NCBI GenBank assembly: GCA_002269645.1
Contig: NIVC01001265.1
Location: 1-64,000, forward strand
DNA length: 64,000 nt
Source: Macrostomum lignano
Lineage: Eukaryota
Reading direction: 5' to 3'
Part shown: piece by piece, positions 12,355 to 41,301 of the stretch
Numbering within the stretch: the first letter of the stretch is position 1
Layout of the letters: every line of letters begins with the position of its first letter
Position numbers and translations under genes: made by a program
The notes under the pieces: generated by a model
What the model was told of the DNA's origin: nothing
Databases searched by the model: none
What the model saw: the letters and a program-made list of their open reading frames with translations, nothing else

Positions 12355-12708
12355 TTTATTAGAGGCAGGGGGGTTGTGTGCACCCTGGCGCACTTTAAGC
12401 GACATGGGCACACAACCGGCGAGAGGCATTACTGCCCATTCCGCCGACTCCCCTGAGCAGGCATACAAGCGCGCGGATACGTACGCAGGCACACACACAC
12501 AGGAGTGTACTGCGGCCCTAACTTTATATTATCGTTAGGCATGTACACTTCACTGCGCCTTGGGGGGTTGGCTCTCAAGGCCGTTAATTGCACGAGCAGA
12601 GCCAAGCCGAGATTCCAATTCAGCCCCAAATTAATGTGACTGCACTTGGAATCGAGCCTGGGTCGCTGGCACACCAGAGCAGCTGCGCTACCGCTGGGCT
12701 ACGGCCCC
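12355..12708 (-). mobile_element. tRNA-derived SINE, copy 1 of 3
   Basis: Minus-strand head GGGGCCGTAGCCCAGCGGT (A box) ... GGCTCGATTCC (B box). The body CTGCCCATTCCGC..GAC..CTGAGC...TACAAGCGCG is shared with 25480-26150 and 58655-58912. It sits inside a (TCTA)n tract. Confidence 0.8.
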
Positions 12709-12717
12709 AAAAAAAAT

Positions 12718-12719
12718 CC

Positions 12720-12786
<67 letters not shown>

Positions 12787-12823
12787 CACCTATCCATCTC
12801 TTTATCTATCTATCTATCTATCC

Positions 12824-12854
<31 letters not shown>

Positions 12855-12901
12855 CATCTCTCTATCTATCTATCTATCTATCTATCCATCTCTCTATCTA
12901 T

Positions 12902-12938
<37 letters not shown>

Positions 12939-13087
12939 GATCGATCTATCCATCCATCTATCTATCTATCTATCCATCTCTCTATCTATCGATCGATCGA
13001 TCTATCCATCTATCTATCTATCTATCTATCCATCTCTCTATCTATTTATCTATCTATCTATCTATCTATCGATCTATCCATCCATCC

Positions 13088-13164
<77 letters not shown>

Positions 13165-13177
13165 CCTATCCATCTCT

Positions 13178-13238
<61 letters not shown>

Positions 13239-13433
13239 GATCTATCCATCCATCTATCTATCTATCTATCTATCCATCTCTCTATCTATTTATCTATCTA
13301 TCTATCTATCTATCCATCTATCTATCTATCTATCTATCGATCTATCCATCCATCTATCTATCTATGTATCTATCCATCTCTCTATCTTTTTATCTATCCA
13401 TCCATCTATCTATCTGCCTATCTATCTATCTGC

Positions 13434-13464
<31 letters not shown>

Positions 13465-13580
13465 ATCCATCTCTCTATTATCTATCTATCCGTCTATCTA
13501 CATGTATCTATCTACTTCTGCCTATCTGCCTATCTATCTATCTATTTATTTCTTAACCTCTCTATCTACATATATAGATA
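12718..13580. repeat. (TCTA)n / (TCCA) microsatellite
   Basis: About 860 bp. A short part also lies at 12260-12352. Source of the IYLS ORFs. Confidence 0.97.
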
Positions 13581-13908
13581 GATTAAGAATACCCACTCAT
13601 TCGATAAACTGATGCTTGAGTTCGGGCCCATGTGTATCGAAAATGTCCAAAGCAGGCGCGCAACACGTCATATCTACACTATAGTCAGGCCGGGCCCTTG
13701 ATGCTTTTAAAAGCCATTTCGGTGATAAGCGCCAGCTTTGGATTCAATTTTTCGTAAATCCACTTCAAGTATGAAGATTACAATGACCGCTAAATAATCA
13801 TTTTTATTGGTTTTTGATAAAGAAGTTACTATATAACTCCATTAATTTAAAACTGCTGTAGTCTGCTAGTTGGCCTCAGTAAGTTGCGCAACTCAAATTA
13901 TGCGCGCA

Positions 13909-14478
13909 CTACCACTGGCCGCCGAACCAAGCTGGATGCAGCAGGCCGTGCGGAGGCGGAGGCGGGGGCTGCCGGGGCTCCGCGAGCGAGTCGGCCAGGC
14001 CGGCCATGAAGCCCATCCGAAAGTCGGCGTCGCTGCCGCAGAGCCTGTCGCCGAGTCGCCGCTCGCCAACCGTAGCCGCTGTCGCCGTCGTTCGCGCCCT
14101 CGCCGACGTCCTGGCTTCGTTGTCGCCGAGCTGAGCGCCGAGGGCAATCGACCTAGCGAACAGCACGCCCTCCTGGAAGGCCGCGCTGCCTGCCAGCCGC
14201 TCACCCAAGGCCGTTGCGCCGGTGTCGACGGATTCAGCGCCGCCGTCGCCCTCGTCGCGATGCTCGAAGTCCCATGGCGAGTGAGTCGCCAGCGCCTGGC
14301 GCATCCGACCGGCCAGATAGCCTTCGAGATATTCAGCTGACTCGGCCGCTCTGACAGCGATGTCGCGGTGCAGCCGACGCTGCAGCTCGGGAAGCTGCGG
14401 CGGCCGCGGCGGTGGCGGCGGAGGCGGCGGAGGCGGCGGTGGCAGTCCCAGTGGAGTAGGCGGGTTGTGGTGAGGCAT
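13909..14478 (-). CDS. Intronless 189-aa proline-rich protein of unknown function (N-terminal P12 tract, three internal repeats, C-terminal P6)
   Basis: GC-rich, non-repetitive ORF from ATG to TAG in AT-rich flanks. The poly-Pro tract uses mixed CCA/CCG/CCT codons. A TATTTAA box lies 47 nt upstream. Confidence 0.65.
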   Translation of the reverse strand: MPHHNPPTPLGLPPPPPPPPPPPPRPPQLPELQRRLHRDIAVRAAESAEYLEGYLAGRMRQALATHSPWDFEHRDEGDGGAESVDTGATALGERLAGSAAFQEGVLFARSIALGAQLGDNEARTSARARTTATAATVGERRLGDRLCGSDADFRMGFMAGLADSLAEPRQPPPPPPHGLLHPAWFGGQW

Positions 14479-14518
14479 TTCCTATTTGACTCTGAACTGC
14501 GTTACTGAGCGCTGCTGC

Positions 14519-14530
14519 TTAAATACCTTT
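14519..14530 (-). promoter_or_regulatory. Candidate TATA box (AAAGGTATTTAA) for the 189-aa ORF
   Basis: TATTTAA starts at 14525, about 27-32 nt upstream of Inr-like GCAGTTCAGA. An identical 12-mer occurs at 49844-49855. Confidence 0.35.
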
Positions 14531-15170
14531 ACATAGTTAAATATATCGGCCGAGTTGCATAGGCGCTACTATTACAGTAGTATGAATAGCCTAAAAACGT
14601 TAAGATCAATCGCTAACGATAACAAATGAACTTTATAGTTTGTCATCCTTTTTAATTCGTAAGCAATGATCACATGGTACTGGCGACTGTATATTTGAAT
14701 GCACCAACATTAGTCATAACTGTTAGACAAAAAGCAGATTTAGAATTAATCTAGATATTGATTGAATGCGCACTGTTAGAATTGGGTGATGTGGTTGTGT
14801 CAAATACATGTACATCTAGTGCTTTAGATGAATGAATATGAAATGTAAAACTATAGTTAATAAAATATTTTCTGCCATATCGCCAACTGAAATGGAAAGA
14901 GTCTTCTGCTCTCGTAAAGGTTTCAAAATATTTTACCAACAACTGATGACACGGACTACATCGTCTACAGCTATGACAAACATAGCAAGCTTGGATAAGA
15001 AAGTTAGCAAAAAGCAAACAAAACTCTGTGAAACAAAAATGACAATTGTTGAGAGAATTGTTACCCCTAATTTGGTATAGAATCTGAAACCTAAAGCATT
15101 ATAAGTATTTACAGAGACACAGAGCCGCAGACGCCCATATTGCACCAACTCTCTCTCCCTGTATCCTGTC

Positions 15171-17373
15171 TCAATAAGAGTTCTCGTGCAGGTAGCAGGC
15201 AGCCCGTTGCACGACAGCCTCGCAGTACGGCGCCATCTCCAGCGTGCTGAAGCTCACGAGCAGCGCGGAGTTGACGGCCATCAGGCAGTACAGGTAGTCG
15301 TCATCGGCGACGCACCTGCCAAACAGCAGGCCGGGCTCCGCTCGCAACAGCCGGTAGCGACGTCCGTGCAACGACAGGCCGGCTGAGTAGGCTTCGTGTG
15401 GGTCCAGGAAGGCGAACAGGATTGCTCGGAGCTCTGACTCGGTTGGAGTTGAGTCCGGATCTGCCGTGCTGCCCCAGAGAACTGGCGCTGGTCTGGGTGC
15501 TCGTCTGCGCGATGTTTGAGTAGCTTTTGATGTTTTGGTGCTTGAGTAGCTATTGATGTTTGAGTAGCTACTGATGTTTGAGTAGCTATTGATGTTTGAG
15601 TAGCTATTGATGTTTGAGTAGCTACTGATGTTTGAGTAGCTATTGATGCTTGAGTAGCTATTGATGTTTGAGTAGCTATTGATGTTTGAGTATCTATTGA
15701 TGTTTGAGTAGCTATTGATGCTTGAGTAGCTATTGATGTTTGAGTAGCTATTGATGCTTGAGTAGCTATTGATGTTTGAGTAGCTATTGATGTTTGAGTA
15801 GCTATTGATGTTTGAGTAGCTATTGATGTTTGAGTAGCTATTGATGTTTGAGTAGCTATTGATGTTTGAGTAGCTACTGATGTTTGAGTAGCTATTGATG
15901 TTTGAGTAGCTATTGATGTTTGAGTAGCTACTGATGTTTGCGTAGCTATTGATGTTTGAGTAGCTATTGATGTTTGAGTAGCTATTGATGTTTGAGTATC
16001 TATTGATGTTTGAGTAGCTATTGATGCTTGAGTAGCTATTGATGTTTAAGTAGCTATTGATGCTTGAGTAGCTATTGATGTTTGAGTAGCTATTGATGTT
16101 TGAGTAGCTATTGATGTTTGAGTAGCTATTGATGTTTGAGTAGCTATTGATGCTTGAGTAGCTATTGATGTTTGAGTAGCTATTGATGTTTGAGTAGCTA
16201 TTGATGTTTGAGTAGCTATTGATGTTTGAGTAGCTATTGATGTTTGAGTAGCTATTGATGTTTGAGTGGCGATTGATGTTTGAGTAGCTATTGATGCTTG
16301 AGTAGCTATTGATGTTTGAGTAGCTATTGATGTTTGAGTAGCTATTGATGTTTGAGTAGCTATTGATGTTTGAGTAGCTATTGATGTTTGAGTAGCTATT
16401 GATGTTTGAGTAGCTATTGATGTTTGAGTAGCTATTGATGTTTGAGTAGCTATTGATGTTTGAGTAGCTATTGATGTTTGAGTAGCTATTGATTTTGAGT
16501 AGCTATTGATGTTTGAGTGGCGATTGATGTTTGAGTAGCTATTGATTTTGAGTAGCTATTGATGTTTGAGTAGCTATTGATGCTTGAGTAGCTATTGATG
16601 TTTGAGTAGCTATTGATGCTTGAGTAGCTATTGATGCTTGAGTAGCTATTGATGTTTGAGTAGCTATTGATGCTTGAGTAGCTATTGATGTTTGAGTAGC
16701 TATTGATGTTTGAGTAGCTATTGATGTTTGAGTAGCTATTGATGTTTGAGTAGCTATTGATGTTTGAGTAGCTATTGATGTTTGAGTAGCTATTGATGTT
16801 TGAGTAGCTATTGATGTTTGAGTAGCTATTGATGTTTGAGTAGCTATTGATGTTTGAGTAGCTATTGATGCTTGAGTAGCTATTGATGTTTGAGTAGCTA
16901 TTGATGTTTGAGTAGCTATTGATGTTTGAGTAGCTATTGATGTTTGAGTAGCTATTGATGTTTGAGTAGCTATTGATGTTTGAGTAGCTATTGATTTTGA
17001 GTAGCTATTGATGTTTGAGTGGCGATTGATGTTTGAGTAGCTATTGATGCTTGAGTAGCTATTGATGTTTGAGTAGCTATTGATGTTTGAGTAGCTATTG
17101 ATGTTTGAGTAGCTATTGATGTTTGAGTAGCTATTGATGTTTGAGTAGCTATTGATGTTTGAGTAGCTATTGATGCTTGAGTATCTATTGATGCTTGAGT
17201 AGCTATCAAGTAGAATCAACTCTGAGACAAATCCCGAATCTTATTCAATAAACTCAGCAGACAAAGGCGCACCTGGACACCACGCTGGCCACAATGTCCT
17301 CCCTTTCTGAGCAGATGTTGATCTTCAGCCATTCCTGCCACCGCTTCCTCCGCCAGTCCGAGGGCTCACTCAT
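15171..17373 (-). CDS. Divergent profilin-like protein, ~140-144 aa, 2 exons
   Basis: Exon 1 is 17373-17273 (MSEPSDWRRKRWQEWLKINICSEREDIVASVVS, donor AG|GTGCGC). Exon 2 is 15504 (or 15492) to 15171 (..PVLWGST..ELRAILFAFLDP..AGLSLHGRRYRLLRAE..EAVVQRAACYLHENSY*). Phases match, and the motifs parallel the profilin pattern WQxY / VWA / GLxLxGxKY / ADYLxxxGY. Confidence 0.8.
15511..17207. repeat. 18-bp minisatellite (GTAGCTATTGATGTTTGA) filling the profilin intron
   Basis: About 94 units. Source of the SIATQT and SNINSY ORFs. Confidence 0.97.
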
Positions 17374-19504
17374 TCTCTCCGACTAGAGCCAAATTGGTCT
17401 GGTCTGTTGAGCGTCTTTCTTTGCAAATTTAGTTTTTTTCTTCCGCAGCAGCGCGCGCATCCAACTTTCTCGTGGCTCGGGTTTTATGCTTGCCCCTCTC
17501 CACCGCTAGCGCAACTGCTCAAGCTAATTAGACCGGACCAGCAAACGACAGTCTACTTGTAGGTAAGACTCTTTATTGTCCTAGCCCCTTTGTGTCTCTA
17601 TGGCTCTTTTTTCGGCTATATTAAAAAAATAACCTGTCTAGAGCTTGAATCTTTTAGAAGCAACTCAGTGCAGTGCAAATGCAAATGGGCCCGAACTTCA
17701 ATGCTTTCTACTCTTTTCAATCTGTCTGCGTTAGATATTTTTGAGTCTGAGTTAAAGTTGAGTTTGAGTTTAATTCAAACGTTGAAAGCATACGCTCGTA
17801 AAAAAACTTACTCGTTCAATGAATAAAAGAACACTTGATTTAGAGTCTCAGCTATGCCATGTCTGTCCCCACTTGAAACTACAAGTACCCCAGTCACATT
17901 TGCAGCCTTCTAAATTCTTAATTAAATAGCTTTTTAAATACAATGAGCATTAGAGAGAATGAAGTATACGAGGACATTGCGCAATTACACTGACAATTCA
18001 TCTATAGAGCTCACCCTGCTTCCAGTACACATATATTAGCTGTTTGCGTATAAGGCCGTGTGAGTCCCTGCACATGCAACCAATAATTATTTGGCTGACT
18101 TGTTGCCCCGTGTCTGCACACCGCTCATGTACATTTTGTACATTCTGTACAAATTTACATCCTGTACAGAATGTATATTCTGTACATTCTGTACATCTGT
18201 ACATTCATGTACATGCACACCCCCGGAGATCTTGTCATGCCTTGCGTTGCCCGGGATGATTGTCCGAATCACATTTGTCTTGTGATCTCCGGCCAGAGAC
18301 TGCAAACACACGGAGATTGCAAAGCCTAACACCGGGATCACAATTTGAAAATGCCGGCATTAACCATCGAGATCCCGATCCAGCTTTGCAGTAATTCAAC
18401 CATTAATTCTCTAGTAGTAGTATCTGCAGCTGAGCTACTTGTCAGGTGAAAATCATAACCCAGTTGGCCTGCTGGCTAGAGAGTAGAAGGCTGGGCTGCA
18501 GGGGCAGGGAAACAGAAGCTGTTAGCAGATCGTAAGGAGGTTTTAAGGTGTAACAATGTACATGTTGTATGCCTATGAAACCTGTGCACAGAGCCTGAAG
18601 CAATAGAAGCCAATCCCTCATCGTTTGAGATCACAGCGCTTGCCAGACGGAAGTCAAATGATTGTTAATTTGGACTCTCCCTCTATCTCAAACCCAGATA
18701 AAATCAGGGGGTCTCGACCTTGCGCAGATCAGAAGCCCCCCCCCCCCCTATGCAAAAGACTTCATTCTCAGCACTGTCAGGACACCCTTTAGATGCCCAG
18801 CATAGGGCTGGTGGCAGAAGTACTTTAAAAAGTCCCTACCTTCAAAACTCCTTGGCCGTATTTAGTTGAGATTCGAACAGTGGGTGGGACCTTGCTATCG
18901 GAGCACAACCCCAAGCTACCAATTCTCTATCTAGGGCGGGTGCCTCTGGGGGGTACGCTTCATAAGCGCGCAGCGGCACAAGCGCGCACTGGCAGAGGCG
19001 CACACTTTTGACACGCTGTGGCATAAGCGCGCTGTCAGGCTTTGGCGCAAGAGCGCATTATTTACTCGCTAAGGCAGCAGCGCGCACTTCATTTGGCGAC
19101 TGACTTGATAGTGTAGAAAAATTTTAATCAAAGCTGTAGTACACAAGGGGTGGTGGGCTAGGGTGTAAACAGAGGTAGTTTAGGCACAGTTGGCACAATC
19201 GTAAGCATGTACACTGTCGATAGACACTGCGACTTAGATAAATAAAACAATCTCAGTCTCAGTCGCAGTTGGAGTGTTTGAAACGCAATGGAGCCAATCG
19301 AACGGAAAAGAATCGGCTCAGTAGTCTATACGCACGGCGTCTACATTTATCGGAAAGATGAGTTAGAAATGGGACAGTCAGCTATCGCTGGATATAACAC
19401 AGGATTCCCGCAGCTGCTCTTTTCCTTTTGACTGCTCTTTTTCTTTGACAGATGGTGTTACATCTTTGTTCTAACATACATGTAAAGCACTGGTCGAAAG
19501 GATT

Positions 19505-19845
19505 TTAATTTACAATCCCTTTACAATCCCTTTACAATCCTTTTACAATCCCTTTACAATCCCTTTATAATCCTTTTACAATCCCTTTATAATCCTTTTA
19601 CAATCCCTTTACAATCCCTTTATAATCCTTTTACAATCCTTTTACAATCCCTTTATAATCCCTTTACAATCCCTTTACAATCCCTTTACAATCCCTTTAC
19701 AATCGCTTTACAATCCCTTTACAATCCCTTTACAATCCCTTTATAATCCTTTTACAATCCCTTTACAATCCCTTTACAATCCTTTTACAATCCCTTTACA
19801 ATCCCTTTACAATCCCTTTAAAATCCCTTTACAATCCCCTTACAA
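19505..19845. repeat. 11-bp minisatellite (AATCCCTTTAC)
   Basis: About 30 tandem units. Confidence 0.95.
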
Positions 19846-20559
19846 TCATATTAGATGGCCTCGTAAATCAAAATCGCACCAACGAGGATGAGAAACATTT
19901 TCAATCCCGAGAATCCCGGGATTGGCAAAACTCGGGATTTTGTATTCCCAAATTTGGCTGGCAAAGTTCGTAGACCCATCATTTTTTCTCTAAAGTTGTT
20001 GCCGTTTGCTTGTTAATTTTGTTATTCTTTATTCTCCGTTATTAATATTGTCATTTTAACAATCGAGAACTTTATTACTTAAAAAGTAATACAAGTTTTA
20101 AAAAATGAAATTTATGATTATTTAACGATACTCGCATTGCTACAAACAGCACTAATTATCTTTGAAAGCTAAAAGATCACTTCCGATAAACTATTAAGAA
20201 CATTAGAATAAAAATCTAGATAAATATGCGACCGAATATAAGCATACACAACGAATTTCAAAACAGGAAATTTATACGGAATTTTTGTAGACAGAATCAA
20301 ATTACTAATTAACAATTGATTATGCTATAATAATGTGGTATAGTAATTGCATAATGCACTGCAAGACAAACATTATCAGGAGTAAAACATTTAGCACAAT
20401 ATATAACTGCTGCTTGCTCGGAGCGTCAGATTGACAGTTAAAGTTGGTGATAAGGGAAATGGCCGAGTGAAACAGGGTTAATTGTGAAGGGGAAGGATAG
20501 GTGAATAAGGTGTGGGTGAAATACGAGCTAGTGAAAGTTGCGTGAAGGTGGGGACGGTT

Positions 20560-20960
20560 GGGTGGGTGATGGAGTGGTGGGTGATGGAGGGGAGGGTGAT
20601 GGAGGGGAGGGTGATGGATGCTTGGGTGATGGAGGGGTGGGTGATGGAGGGTTGGGTGATGGAGGGGTGGGTGATGGAGGGCCGTGGGTGATGGAGGGTT
20701 GGGTGATGGAGGGTTGGGTGATGGAGGGGTGGGTGATGGAGGGGTGGGTGATGGAGGGTCGGGTGATGGAGGGGAGGGTGATGGAGGGGAGGGTGATGGA
20801 TGCTTGGGTGATGGAGGGGTGGGTGATGGAGGGGAGGGTGATGGAGGGTTGGGTGATGGAGGGGAGGGTGATGGAGGGTTGGGTGATGGAGGGGTGGGTG
20901 ATGGAGGAGTGGGTGGTGGAGGGTTGGGTGATGGTGGGGTGGATGATGGTGGGGTGTGTG
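20560..20960. repeat. 15-bp G-rich minisatellite (GGGTGATGGAGGGGT)
   Basis: About 26 units. Source of the Pro/His-rich and GDGG ORFs. Confidence 0.93.
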
Positions 20961-21524
20961 ATGGAGAAGTGCGTGAGGATTTATAGTTCTCCACACTAGA
21001 CACAATTTATTGCCTAAATTATATAGAGTGAACAATAGGTCGAGATATTTTTTACAATTTTGTAACGGTAAAACGAAAAATTGAAAAATATCTATAGACA
21101 TAGAACATTATAGACAGTTAATATGCAAGCGCTTATAGCTTATCCCGTGTCATTAGGTTTAGTTCACAGTTTCTCAAGAATCTAGCGATTATGCATTGGC
21201 TTTGACAAAGACAGCTCGCACAGAGACACAATTTATCAAAATCTTTATTAAATTGCGAAGCATCAATAAAATTGGGGCGTATTGATCAGTCAAGGAGTTC
21301 TGTTTGATTACGCAACACTTTCAAATTAAGAAAAAAATTTTTGAAGCTCAATATCCCTTTAAAAGTACACCTTGCCAGCTGGAAATTCTTTTCTAGTTTT
21401 TATACATTAAAAATAGACAAAACGGCTTCTGAAAAATTTAAATAATTTTTAAGTGATAACTCCTCCCCCTACTACTACTACTACTACTGGTCAGCGGTAG
21501 TAGCATTGGGAGAACGAGAATCTC

Positions 21525-22047
21525 CACTTTTGTAGCTGCGCCCCCTCCTCTGTAGCTGGCGCCATCCTCTGTAGCTGGCGCCCCTCCTCTGTAGCTGGCG
21601 CCCCCTCCTCTGTAGCTGGCGCCCCCTCCTCTGTAGCTGGCGCCATCCTCTGTAGCTGGCGTTCCCTCCTCTGTAGCTGGCGCCCCCTCCTCTGTAGCTG
21701 GCGCCCCCTCCTCTGTAGCTGGCGCCATCCTCTGTAGCTGGCACCCCTCCTCTGTAGCTGGCGCCCCCTCCTCTGTAGCTGGCGCCATCCTCTGTAGCTG
21801 GCACCCCTCCTCTGAAGCTGGCGCCATCCTCTGTAGCTGGCGCCCCCTCCTCTGTAGCTGGCGCCATCCTCTGTAGCTGGCGTCCCCTCCTCTGTAGCTG
21901 GCGCCCCCTCCTCTGTAGCTGGCGCCATCCTCTGTAGCTGGCGTCCCCTCCTCTGTAGCTGGCGCCCCCTCCTCTGTAGCTGGCGCCCCCTCCTCTGTAG
22001 CTGGCGCCCCTCCTCTGTAGCTGGAGCCCCCTCCTCTGTAGCTGGCG
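21525..22047. repeat. 19-22 bp minisatellite (CTGTAGCTGGCGCCCCCTCCT)
   Basis: Tandem units just downstream of the SLC38A11-like stop codon. Confidence 0.93.
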
Positions 22048-22156
22048 ATCCTCAGAAGATATAACAGGGCAAGTGGGGGGAATCTCTGCAATCCAATCGC
22101 CTAGGCCCATCAGTACCATGTTTAGGCACCGTATAAACGGTCAGTATAGAAGCAGT

Positions 22157-37745
<15,589 letters not shown>

Positions 37746-38504
37746 GGCGAATGGGCTGACCCCGCCGACAGCAGCCGAGTCCTCTGCTCGAATGGGGAAA
37801 TTTGAGGGAAAACACACAGGAATTATCCCTGTTCCTGCATGCAGATGTCTTTGAAAATCCTGTCTCCAGCTGAAACCCGCTGTCTATCCATCATTATCTC
37901 TCCCCCTGGCGCCCCAGCAGATTCCCTATTCGTGTCTCACCGTCTTTCAATCCGAGATCCTTGATTGATTGCCAAGATGGGATTCTGTTCGAATGCCAAT
38001 TCGAACTCCCCGGCAATTTGCTCTTCCGCCTCTGTCAGGCAAGTCGGCGATGCAGGAAAGCAGGGGAGAAGCTGGGGGGGGGGTGGAAGCTGCCAAATCG
38101 TATTGCCTGCCCCCTGGGTCTCCGATTCTCAGCTGTCTGTCTCACTGCGCCAGAAATTGCAGGAGACTGACGGGCGGTTTGAGGTCGGGAACGAAGGGAG
38201 AAAATGAGAGGAACGGCGACTTTTAAGGCCTCGGGGAGCTGCAACCCGCCCGCCTCACACCCACCCTCCCACTGTCCCGCGGTCTCCCCCATCTCTCAAT
38301 CCTCCGTTCTCAATGTTCTGAAATAGGACAGGAATAATTCCTCCTCAGCTCAGCCTCTGTACCCTCTCGCTCGCCCTCAGCCTCCCCCAGCCTCCCCTCC
38401 ATCCTGTGCCTTTGCAGTAAACCTGCTGATAAAAGAGTTGGTCCGAAGGAAACTTTTTTTAACTTATAAGGTAGGCACTTTTTGTATAGCTGCATGCTGG
38501 TGAA

Positions 38505-39059
<555 letters not shown>

Positions 39060-39561
39060 TGAACCGAGAAGACTGAAAGTATGATGGCCTAAACTCATCT
39101 GAATGGTCCGCGACGCCTCATCATTGCCTTGCTCAATCAATAATCTCGTTTTCTAGCCTATTCTAGCTAGTATTATCTCTGCACTTTTCATTGTAAATCC
39201 TACTATGGCTAAGCTAATGGACTAATATGCATGCAATTAGAGCGATTCCAATCCACCCAAGGCCTTAAATCATGCTGAACAGTACACGCCCCTGTGGCCC
39301 GAGCTTTGAGAAGGCTCTGGCAATTAGCGCAGGTACCTGTTGAAGAGCGGGAATCAGGCAGCTCACCTTTCCCATTCTTCTCCGAACAAGTTTGGCGACA
39401 GGGAATTTTCAATTTTGCAAGCCAGGCAGCTCAATAGGACGCAATGGAGAGAGGCTTGCCGGCTTTGGAGAAGTGGCTTTGAATGGCGGTTGAAGGAAAT
39501 CGGAGAAAGCAATATTCTCTCCTGCCACTGACTCCCGGTGGACAGACAGAGGAAAGACAGA

Positions 39562-40105
<544 letters not shown>

Positions 40106-40904
40106 ATGCAGACAGGAAAATTTCCTCTGCATAGCTCAGAGTGGATCAGCAATCCAATACATTCGCAGTGTGTGCATGCGAGAGTCATGCAACGTGACAT
40201 CGCATCACTTGTGCAGAGCGAGGGAGAGAGAAAGCTGAAAATTTGTCCTCAAAGCATCGCTCAAGTTCTCAGAACAGCCTCAATTATTTCTGTGTGTAGA
40301 CACAACTGGCAATTTGAGTGCGTGATTCAGTCGTGCAGTTCTCACGGCGCTGCCCACTTGCTTTCAGTGCGTGCATTGTTATGCTACTTCACTAAAACTT
40401 TTCCATCGTATTACTATTAGTAGGCTAGAAGTGCACAGTGCGGCGCACGATTAATTGCATGCATAAATAATGCAAAGTAAACGGAGCCGATCTGGGGGGG
40501 GGGGGGTGATTCCTATAGCTGGTATAGGGTGAGAAGAACCGGCTTAAGTTAATCTGCCTTTGTTTTTTTCTTACCCAAACTGGATCCTTTGAAACGCGTT
40601 TTTTCGCCTAATTAGCATAATTTATTTATAAAAATTCTCTGGTCGCAATGCTAAAACTGCATGGCTCCCGACTCGGTGGCCTGTAAAATTGCTTCTGAAA
40701 TCATTGCTTTCCATTTCTTGGTGTTAATATAGTTGGGTGAATATAGAGGAGACACCCAGCTACTTACAGAACCTCCGGTTCTTTCTGCACGCATTCAAAG
40801 TTCTCTCTCTCAAGTGAAGGTAAGTTTTTTCGATTTTTTCCTGCTTTGAAGGAGATCCAATTTATAAAATCGATTATTATGGTCGATGATCGTTCCATGT
40901 ATAG

Positions 40905-41135
40905 CAAAATGGATCCCGTGTACCAAACTAGATCCCATGTACTAAAGTAGATCCCATGTAGCAAAGTAGATCCCATGTACCAAAGTAGATCAAATGTAGT
41001 AAAGTAGATCCCATGTAGCAAAGTAGATCCCATGTACCAAAGTAGATCCCATGTAGCAAAGTAGATCCAATGTAGCAAAGTAGATCCCATGTACCAAAGT
41101 AGATCCCATGTAGCAAAGTAGATCCCATATAGCAA
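40905..41135. repeat. 19-bp minisatellite (AAAGTAGATCCCATGTAGC)
   Basis: About 12 units. Confidence 0.93.
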
Positions 41136-41301
41136 AGTGGATATTTTTAAGGCAGCTATGATTGTAATGATAGTGTTGATCTATCATATCACTCTATTTG
41201 TCGTTAAAGTACAAAATATTGTATCGTTTTTCGTTAGACAGTTCTGCTTAGCGTTAAATTTGCTTCCTTCTTCTTCTACAAAAGCACAGCAGAGTCAAGA
41301 G

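Noticed and set aside
12588-13581. IYLS-repeat ORFs (also at 38310-40238)
   Set aside because: (TCTA)n microsatellite read-through.
16539-17219. SIATQT / SNINSY ORFs
   Set aside because: 18-bp array inside the profilin intron.
20320-22119. Extensin-like Pro/His-rich and collagen-like GDGG/ATEEG ORFs
   Set aside because: Both strands and several frames are open because of 15-bp and 21-bp arrays. There is no convincing start or splice context.
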